A stretch of DNA of 33,943 bases from Candidatus Omnitrophota bacterium (lineage in GTDB: Bacteria; Omnitrophota; Gorgyraeia; S143-82): NCBI GenBank assembly GCA_027065215.1, contig JAMOOT010000259.1, forward strand, positions 1 through 33,943, in the 5' to 3' direction. Below the pieces are notes generated by a model. That model had not been told where the DNA came from. It saw nothing but the letters and a program-made list of their open reading frames with translations, and did not search any database. Every line of letters starts with the position of its first letter. Positions within the stretch are counted from its first letter, which is position 1. Shown here piece after piece: positions 9,959 to 17,700 of the stretch. A program made the position numbers and the translations under genes.

Positions 9959-10546
9959 ATGCAATCGGTTGCAACATTTTTTGCCTTTATCCTTGTGTTG
10001 TTAATATTAGGAGTAGTAACGGTATGGTTTTTACTTATTTACAATGTGTTAGTAAAGAGAGAAGAAAATGTCAATCAGGCGTGGGCGCAGATACAGGTGC
10101 AGTTTCAACGCAAGTTAGATCTTATACCTGCACTTCTTGATGTTGTGAAATCTTATGCCCAACACGAGAATCAGACGTACAAGGATGTAGCTCAAATAAG
10201 GTCTGAAGCAGAGGAGATGATCAAGAGTACGGCGCAAGAACAGGTAAGGTTATCTAATGAGAAGTTAGAAAAACTAATCCAGTTGCAAGGAGTTCTTCGA
10301 TCAGCATTAAGTAAATTGTTTGCTCTTGTAGAGAATTATCCTGATCTGAAAGCAAATGAGAATTTCTTAACCATCCAGAGACAACTGGAAGAGACAGAGG
10401 ACAGAATTGCGAAGGCACGTGAGATTTATAACCAGAGAGTGAGGTCTTACAACGCCTTTTTAAGAGGCTTCCCTGGCAATTTAGTCGGGACCTTATTGGG
10501 GTTTTCTCAGAAGGCATACTTTGAAACTGAAGGAGGTCTCTCATGA
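9959..10546 (+). CDS. LemA family membrane protein (copy 1)
   Basis: N-terminal TM helix followed by YN.LV...V..AW..I.VQ..R.LDLIP and VENYPDLKANENF...QL...E..I..AR..YN, the hallmarks of LemA. SD GGAGG is upstream of ATG 9959. Confidence 0.9.
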   Translation: MQSVATFFAFILVLLILGVVTVWFLLIYNVLVKREENVNQAWAQIQVQFQRKLDLIPALLDVVKSYAQHENQTYKDVAQIRSEAEEMIKSTAQEQVRLSNEKLEKLIQLQGVLRSALSKLFALVENYPDLKANENFLTIQRQLEETEDRIAKAREIYNQRVRSYNAFLRGFPGNLVGTLLGFSQKAYFETEGGLS

Positions 10547-11151
10547 AACAAGGACGAGCGGTCTTGTCTATTGTATCTACTCTTATAGTGATTGTGGCAG
10601 GTTTGGCTCTCTGGTTTATCTGGGTTTATAATGGCTTGGTATCTTCAGAAAAAGCAGTGGAAGAAGCAAGTGCACAGGTTCAAACGGTCCTTCAGAGAAG
10701 GCTGGACTTGATCCCCAATCTTGTGGAGACGGTAAAAGGATATGCTCAGCATGAAAGAGAGGTTTTAGTTGCGGTAACCAAGGCCCGAGAGAGGGCCCAA
10801 GGAGTGCTGGCGGATATAAGCAAGAAGAAATCCTTAGGGAAAAAAGAGTTAGTTGCGTTAATGGCTTCCCAAGGTGAGATTACCTCAGCATTGAAGAATC
10901 TCTTTTCGTTAGTGGAAAATTACCCTGATTTAAAGGCAAGCCAGAATTTTCTTGCTCTGCAGGATCAGTTGGAAGGCACTGAAAATAGGATTGCAGTTGC
11001 TCGTCAGAGATACAACTATGCTGTGAGAAGGTATAATACAAAGATCAGTACTTTCCCCGGGAATATAATTGCGCCTATGTTTGGTTTTGCAGAGAAGCCT
11101 TATTTTGAGGCGAAAGAAGAAGCGCAGAAACCAATAGAAGTTAAATTCTAA
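10543..11151 (+). CDS. LemA family membrane protein (copy 2)
   Basis: Same LemA architecture (VENYPDLKASQNFLALQDQLEGTENRIAVARQRYN). The ATGA overlap with copy 1 and the GAAGGAGG SD suggest translational coupling. Confidence 0.9.
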   Translation: MKQGRAVLSIVSTLIVIVAGLALWFIWVYNGLVSSEKAVEEASAQVQTVLQRRLDLIPNLVETVKGYAQHEREVLVAVTKARERAQGVLADISKKKSLGKKELVALMASQGEITSALKNLFSLVENYPDLKASQNFLALQDQLEGTENRIAVARQRYNYAVRRYNTKISTFPGNIIAPMFGFAEKPYFEAKEEAQKPIEVKF

Positions 11152-11164
11152 AAATAAGGGAACA

Positions 11165-12247
11165 ATGGGTAAGTACGTTTTTGTCGCGTTAGTTTTTTTG
11201 AGTATCTTTTTAACCTTTTTCTTCGCAATTGGATGGAAAGATAATGTGCCTATGCACCGGCCGATTTTTTCATCTTCCAGGTTTATTTATGACTACGCAC
11301 ATCTTGTTTCTCCAGAAGGTAAAGCAAGACTGGAGAAGTTTCTCGAACATCTTTGGCGAGATTACGATATAGAACTAATTGCAATTACGACCCCATCCTT
11401 AGGCAACTATACTATATCGGAGTGGGCCAACATGATTTTTGAAAACTGGCATGTGGGTAAAAATACACGCGGTGAGAAGGGGATTCTGTTTGTGGTTGCT
11501 CCGTATGAAAAAAAGGTGCGTCTCGAGATAGGTAGAGGTTTGGAGGGAGTTTTTACTGATGCGTTTGTAGGGTATATAGAACGTGAGCAGATGAAACCTT
11601 TTTTTGAAGAGGCAAGGGTCGGTGTGGGGGTTGAAGCGACACTTGAACTTATTGTAAGCAGGATTGAGAAATTTATTAAGGAAGGAAGATACAACCCCAC
11701 AGAAGGTAGAAAACAAGAGGGAGGTTTTGCTTCTTCTGGTGCGGGCGCACAGAAGAATGTGGATATAGGGAGTGTTCATCGTCAGAAGAAGGATGTGGTT
11801 ACCGAAGATTTGAAGGAATATTTCAGTGCGCAACCTACTCCTCAGCTCACATTAGAGAGGTATCTTGAGGCCTGTAGCCGCCATATAAAAGACCCAAATC
11901 TGGGAATATATACTGAGGAGACAAAAGAGTTTTTTAGAAACTGGACAGTGACGAATGCCCAGATGGATAATATGAGAATGTATGAAGGTGTCCCTTTTAA
12001 GTTGATGATAGAAGGAGACTATGCGGTAATTTTCTATCCTGATAAAGACTGGACCTACAGCCCTTTCTTTTTGAAAAAAGGGCCGGCGGGGTGGCAACTT
12101 GACTTTGCTACGATGTCTAAGGTTATAAGATTTAATCAGAACAACTACTGGTTTTTTGTTTCATTTGATCATCCTTATATGTTCGCTTTTCGTAAGTATA
12201 TGATAGATGAGAATGGGTTTGTATGGTTTAAGTATAGGAAGAGGTAG
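11165..12247 (+). CDS. TPM-domain membrane protein with uncharacterised C-terminal domain
   Basis: N-terminal TM/signal anchor. TPM (YgcG/TLP18.3-like) core: YDYAHLVS...IELIAITTPSLG...WHVGKNTRGEKGILFVVAPYEKKVRLEIGRGLEG. A Gly-rich linker is followed by about 175 aa that are homologous to the middle of ORF 12565..14379. Confidence 0.8.
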   Translation: MGKYVFVALVFLSIFLTFFFAIGWKDNVPMHRPIFSSSRFIYDYAHLVSPEGKARLEKFLEHLWRDYDIELIAITTPSLGNYTISEWANMIFENWHVGKNTRGEKGILFVVAPYEKKVRLEIGRGLEGVFTDAFVGYIEREQMKPFFEEARVGVGVEATLELIVSRIEKFIKEGRYNPTEGRKQEGGFASSGAGAQKNVDIGSVHRQKKDVVTEDLKEYFSAQPTPQLTLERYLEACSRHIKDPNLGIYTEETKEFFRNWTVTNAQMDNMRMYEGVPFKLMIEGDYAVIFYPDKDWTYSPFFLKKGPAGWQLDFATMSKVIRFNQNNYWFFVSFDHPYMFAFRKYMIDENGFVWFKYRKR

Positions 12248-12266
12248 TTTTAGTAGGGGGAAGGAG

Positions 12267-12560
12267 ATGATAAGGACTTGGAAAGACAAACTAAAATCAT
12301 TGTTTGTGTTTGGCGGGAGAAAGATTATTACTGAAATTGGAGCCGTTAGTGCTTCAGATAGGAAAAACCTTGGCTGGCGCTATGGTCACAAAACGCTTAT
12401 TAAAGTGTCGTTATTAGAAGAGAAACAAACTGCTGAAAGGAGTTTGGGTATAGAGATTGTATATAAAGGTATTGGTTGCTACAGAGTATCACCAATAGTT
12501 TTGAGCAAACAAGAGGTGCAAGAGTTAATAGAATTACTTAGATCCGCGGTTCAAAGATAA
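12267..12560 (+). CDS. hypothetical small soluble protein (97 aa)
   Basis: ATG 12267 directly follows AAGGAG (12261-12266). It lies 19 nt after the previous stop and 4 nt before the next start. No TM segment and no motif I recognise. Confidence 0.5.
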   Translation: MIRTWKDKLKSLFVFGGRKIITEIGAVSASDRKNLGWRYGHKTLIKVSLLEEKQTAERSLGIEIVYKGIGCYRVSPIVLSKQEVQELIELLRSAVQR

Positions 12561-12564
12561 AAAT

Positions 12565-14379
12565 ATGAAGTGCAAGAAGGAGACAGAAAGAACAGTGAAG
12601 AGTAAGTTGCAAATTTTTTTGGTTAGCCTTATTATTTTATGCACCTCACTGGATTATATTTACGCTTTTTCATCTGACAATTTGGCATACAAAATAGGGA
12701 TGTTTCTTAAAAAAGGTAAAGTGCCGCCGAGAAGGCCTTCCCAGAGCAGATACTGTTTTGATTTTTCCGGTGTGGTTCCGAAAGATGTAGTTAGGGATAT
12801 TGATGGTTATGGCAGAAGCCTGAGAGAGGAGTTTGATATTGATTTTGTCGTTATTGTTACGCCATCTATTCCAGGGGAAGACATCAGTACTTTTGCTGCG
12901 GATATCTTCAGCAAATGGGAAATTGGTAAAGAAACAAAGGGGCGGAAGGGTATTCTTATACTCATCGCTCAGGAAGATCAAAAGGTAAAGATAGAGGTGG
13001 GGTACGATTTAGAGAGCATATATTCTGACCTCTATGTTGCTCGCGTTGAGCGAGAAATACTTGAAGAATTTTTAGCGCAGGCCGACTGGAAGAGAGGGTT
13101 TTTAGCCACTATAGAGAATTTTATAGAACGAACTTATCATATGCAGGATAAAGGGGTAAACGTAAGAGGAGTTACAGGGACAGCAAGACTGGGGTATTAC
13201 TCAGGTGGTGCAGGAGCAAAAGGGACGTTTGATTTCGGAGCAGCGTTGAGTAAACCGTTACCACAGACGCAGCAAGACTTACGCAAGTATTTTGGTGCAC
13301 AGCCAACGCCAGAACTTGCTTTTCGGAGATATATGGAATTCTGTGCGCGTAATATGAAGGATTACACTCTGGATCTGTTTAATGACCGGACAAAATTTTT
13401 CTTCAGTTACTGGCCCACAGCAAGCGGACAAAGGCGTTCGGAGGCCGAAGAGTGGGATGGGTTAAGTTATGAAGTCCGGCAGAAGGGTAAGTGGGCGGTG
13501 GTATTTCATCCTGACTCCGATTATATGAAAATGGCGCAGCATCCCGTATATCTTATTGAAAAAACAGATAAAGGGTGGCAAATGGATTTAGATGCTATGG
13601 CAAGGGGGCTTTCTTATGGAGGAAGGTTTGTCCACTGGGTCAATGGAGCTTGGCTTTATCCTTATGTAGAACTTTTTATGGATGATTATACTTTGAAACC
13701 GAATACCGCCTGTCTTATCAGAAAAAAAACCGATGTTGGTACGTTTGGTATATATTTTCTGGGTACAGGTCTATATAACCCTGCAGAGCCAGGTGTACAT
13801 ATTGGAGTGTGGGAGAAAATACAAGATAAGGACAGGAACGGGTTGCGCACAGGAGATAGCATAGTATCTATTGACGGGAAGAAAGTTCCGCGTGGCAGGG
13901 AAGGCGAGAGAATAGTAACGCGTTATCTTATAAATAATGTAAAAGCCGGAGACCGGCATCACCTGCGTATCTGGCGGGGATGGCGTTTTATTGAGCTGGA
14001 TGTTGAAGCGCAACCTGTTGGTAATGATTCATTCAGCGATTTTAGAAGGTGCCTTGCAGTACCGCGTGTGTGGATGGGTGTATATATCGGGATGACTAAC
14101 GAGGAAGAAGAAAAATATGTAAATGGACCCTCCACAGTTGTGCTGGATGTCTATCCTGGTAGCCCTGCGGATAAAGCAGGACTAAAGAGAGGTGATATCA
14201 TTTGTAAAGTTGGTGGTAAACGCGCTCCCTATGATGAACTTCTCCCGGGCCAGTTTCTGAAGATTTTAAGAAGTCATAAAGCCGGAGATAGGCTTAAGCT
14301 GGAAGTGTTGCGTAACCTCAAAGAGCGAAAAGCGGTAACGGTTGTATTAGAAGAAACAGAGCATAAGGGTTACTATTAG
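12565..14379 (+). CDS. TPM-domain membrane protein fused to the shared unknown domain and two PDZ domains
   Basis: N-terminal TM. TPM core (DIDFVVIVTPSI...WEIGKETKGRKGILILIAQEDQKVKIEVGYDLES). The middle region parallels the C-terminus of ORF 11165 (YFGAQPTPELAFRRYMEFCARNMKD versus YFSAQPTPQLTLERYLEACSRHIKD). PDZ-like GLRTGDSIVSIDGKKV and a classic PDZ, PGSPADKAGLKRGDIICKVGGK. Confidence 0.8.
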   Translation: MKCKKETERTVKSKLQIFLVSLIILCTSLDYIYAFSSDNLAYKIGMFLKKGKVPPRRPSQSRYCFDFSGVVPKDVVRDIDGYGRSLREEFDIDFVVIVTPSIPGEDISTFAADIFSKWEIGKETKGRKGILILIAQEDQKVKIEVGYDLESIYSDLYVARVEREILEEFLAQADWKRGFLATIENFIERTYHMQDKGVNVRGVTGTARLGYYSGGAGAKGTFDFGAALSKPLPQTQQDLRKYFGAQPTPELAFRRYMEFCARNMKDYTLDLFNDRTKFFFSYWPTASGQRRSEAEEWDGLSYEVRQKGKWAVVFHPDSDYMKMAQHPVYLIEKTDKGWQMDLDAMARGLSYGGRFVHWVNGAWLYPYVELFMDDYTLKPNTACLIRKKTDVGTFGIYFLGTGLYNPAEPGVHIGVWEKIQDKDRNGLRTGDSIVSIDGKKVPRGREGERIVTRYLINNVKAGDRHHLRIWRGWRFIELDVEAQPVGNDSFSDFRRCLAVPRVWMGVYIGMTNEEEEKYVNGPSTVVLDVYPGSPADKAGLKRGDIICKVGGKRAPYDELLPGQFLKILRSHKAGDRLKLEVLRNLKERKAVTVVLEETEHKGYY

Positions 14380-14636
14380 GTGAGTTTTAATGGCATAGAA
14401 GACACTGCCCTGTAGGTACTATTGATTGTTTTTTTTGAAGACATTCGATTAGCGTATTATCTCTGATATTTTGCTGTAGATAGATGGTATCCTTTGTTTG
14501 ATTTATTGTTAGATATATTACCTTTTTTTCTTGTCCATAAGTTACTTAGAGCCTCCAGTCGAGTGAAATGAGTTTATCTCCAAACACTTCTTAAGCAGGG
14601 AAGATCCATTGGAGGTTAAAATACTACCTTGTCCAG

Positions 14637-14665
14637 TTGACAGGCCTTATTTGATAGATTTTACT
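14637..14665 (+). promoter_or_regulatory. candidate sigma70-type promoter for the giant ORF
   Basis: Perfect -35 TTGACA (14637-14642), a 17-nt spacer, and a weak -10 TTTACT (14660-14665), about 37 nt upstream of ATG 14702. The -10 lacks the conserved A2, so the call is weak. Confidence 0.25.
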
Positions 14666-14701
14666 TCTATTAGTAGGGGGTTTTATTGTTGAGGGTAAAT
14701 A

Positions 14702-17700
14702 ATGAAGATGATGCATAGGTTATTTCACATTTGTTTGTCATTCTTAGTATTATTTTCGTTTATGCCTACCAATGCTCAATCCTATGGATTGGGTGATTTG
14801 AGTAATATCTCTGGAGTGGTAGGAGTAAAGGTGGAGGGAGGGCTGCCATCGTTGTTGTTCGCTGAGGGGGAAAATAGTGAGGAGATGGAGAGGTTGTTTT
14901 TCCAGTTATATGGGTTAGATGATCCAGAGAGGGAGTTGTGGGTAAATCTAAAGCCCGGAGTGGGGAGCAAGGGATTGATAGGGAGATGGGTAGGGTGTAT
15001 GGATGTGGGGAGGTACTTGTTCGAGACTGATCTGAGGTTGAAAGAGGATGCCACAAGGATGGTTGATGAGGTATTGGAGGATTATGGAATAGATGTGGGG
15101 GAAGTAGGGTTGGAGATGAGATTTTGGATAGAGGGGGGAGATGTAAGGATGAACGAGTATGAGGATGGAATGTTGATAGATGAGGCGAGATTGAAGGTGA
15201 GGGCAGAAGTAAAAGGATCGACTAAAGAGGGGGTAGAGGAATTAAATAGGTTGATTAACGGATTGGTAATACCAAAGTTAAAGGAAGAGGTGAACGAAGG
15301 GAAGAGATATAAAAGGTTAAGGGAATTGTATCGCTTGTATATAGTAAGTAGGTGGTTAAAAGAAAAGGAAGTGGGTAATGGGCTGGTGGAGAGGGTGGCA
15401 TACTATTATGGGAGGGTTGGCAGTAAGGAATGGATGCTGTTGGATGTGTTGAGAAGATATTTGATGATGTATGAAGGCGTTGATGGGGATATTGGGGGAT
15501 GTGTGGTGGGAGGGGTGTATCTTGGTAAAGTAGGAAGGATAATGAAGCGGGTGGCAGAAGGTGGTATGGGAGGCATAAGGAAGATAGGTAGGGTAGGAAG
15601 GAGGATACTATTCAATAAAAAATTTGTTGTGTTTATGGCCAGTTTGATGTTTGCGGTGCAGACCGTGGGTGGAAGTATATCGTTGGCAAGAGGGTTGGAT
15701 TTTGGAGAGATGCGAATTGGACAGTATGTATCTGAGAATAGGGAACTCAAGGAACAAATCCACGAAATACTTAAAGATGTAAAAATTACCTCAAGCAAAG
15801 ATGTTCTAACTTCTTTGTATAGTAGATGGAAAGACCAATTCTCTGTAATAATTCAAGGAAAAGGGGATAAGGTTGATAGTATCGTCATAAAAGACATCAG
15901 AAAGGCCATTATTTTATCTTTTCATCCTATTTACGGTGACCTTTTTGGCAATCTTTTGGTTAAGGCCCAGAGATGTAAAATACAGCAGCAGATAACAATG
16001 GGAGATATCAATTGGATAATGGATTTTTATAGAAACTATTCTAAGTATAGAAATACACGTCGTTATCAGAATTCTATGAGATTACTTGGTAGTTTGTTTC
16101 AGAATGATTCGTTTTTGAAGTTATTTAATCAAATAAAGGGAAAGGAATTATGGGGGCCTAATAAATGGAGGATAGAAGCATTAAATTCATGGCTGTATCC
16201 GGAAACGGCCAAATCTTGGTCCCTTACAGAAGATTCTTCTCTTTTAAAATTTACAAAGGATAAGGAGGAAATTAAAAAGAATCTTGATAAGTATAAGAAT
16301 TTGGCAAAGAGGTTGTTTTATTATTGGGTATATGCAAAATCGGGCGATAGATCGCTTATAGATTCGTATATCAAGAAGGTTACAGAAGAGATTAAGTTGG
16401 AGATGAGAGAGATTGGTGAAAAAGATATGGCAGAATATTCAGTGAAATTTTATGTGTATGAAAGTAAGATACGGGGAAAAGAGATGAAAAAGATATTCCC
16501 TGGGTTATTTGAATTGGCAAACTCAGGGGACCCATATGCTACTGCACTTTGGATAAATGTGGAGTTAGAACTTAGGTATTGGGCTGGTGGCAGATCTGGT
16601 TTTAGATTTAGCAATTTAAAGACTATCTTAAGCGATGTTTATATAAATTTGGGTAAATTAACGGATGAAGAGAAAAGAGATTTTGTTAAGTTTATGTGGT
16701 GGCTTTACTTCCGCTCGGGTAAGAGTTTTGTTCCTCCTAACGTGCGGAAAAAGGTCTTTTCTGAGTTGATTCACCATTTGGATCTGGGAGAATATTTGGA
16801 TACTATAAGTGGTATGACTGATTTTATGAAGGGTTTCAATAAACTTATAGATGATGAAGATTCCATGTTTTCATTGAGATGGGAGTTGATGCTTAAGCAC
16901 TACGAGATTTTAAGAATCGTCAAAACTACTAACGAATGGGAGAAGAATAATTTTGGACATATTGAGAAAAACCCAATTTTCGTCTTACCAATCCCGATTA
17001 TAGATAATCTGGACAGCAGGTGGATAAGATTTTTCATATTAGCGCAGCGATTTGGTTTTGAAGAGAGGTTATTAAGATTGATAGATTTGGATAAGATTAT
17101 TAAGGTTAATCTCGCGATACCATTAAGGTTATCGGATAATTTTTGGAGTGCTAAGAAAGATGAGGTGGAAGATTTCCTTTCGTTTTTCCTTTTTAGAAAA
17201 GGCGTATACGATCCAAGATTTGAGTATGGTACGTTTAATTTTTCCCAATTGTTTTTTCTATATTTTTCGGATATCTTCCAGAAAGGGTTTAAGGATATAA
17301 AGGATAGGCAATTGAAGTTTGTTTTGTTGTGTGGTGTTATGTCTTGGTTGATTGACAATGGGAAATATGATGTGCAAAAAGGAGGATTTGATTTTAATGA
17401 AGATCAGATTAGGTCAGCGATAAAACATGTGAGAAAGAGTTGGGAGTTGATGAAAGACAGAAAAATAACCTTTGCTAAAGGGTTATATAATTTAGTGGAG
17501 ATCTGTGATTCTAATTTTCCAAACACAGGGAAAGACGGATATGAGAAACTTTTGTCACCTAACACTTCGATTAGATATAGAGATAAAGATAAATTCTTAA
17601 AGGGTATTAAGGACATCAAAGGGCCATTGTGGTTGGGAATTATGATCCATGGAGGGGCAGATGTGGCAAAATATAAGGAAGGGGATCGAGATAATGCTTT

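Noticed and set aside
12207-12266. Upstream extension of the small ORF (track start 12207), overlapping the end of the TPM gene
   Set aside because: ATG 12267 has a perfect AAGGAG immediately upstream. The extension overlaps the preceding CDS by 41 nt and has no SD.
14429-14436. T8 run downstream of the TPM-PDZ gene as an intrinsic terminator
   Set aside because: I could not find a stable GC-rich hairpin immediately upstream; the best is a 4-bp GGCA/TGCC stem with a 10-nt loop.
15530-15602. 10-nt direct repeat GTAGGAAGGA (15530-15539 and 15593-15602)
   Set aside because: Such a repeat is expected by chance in purine-only, low-complexity sequence. It encodes the recurring (K/R)(I/V)GR(I/V) peptide.
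14766-15798. Minus-strand ORFs 14766..15056, 14782..15054 and 15406..15798 (Pro/Ser/Thr/Leu-rich). 18277..18564 is another of the same kind.
   Set aside because: They are a direct by-product of cytosine depletion on the + strand. That depletion removes CTA and TCA triplets, the complements of TAG and TGA, and so removes stops on the minus strand. The + strand frame is a single 3.9-kb ORF with a good start context.
16900-17358. 152-aa minus-strand ORF in the AT-rich core of the giant gene
   Set aside because: It is antisense to the long uninterrupted + ORF and has no start signals or motifs.
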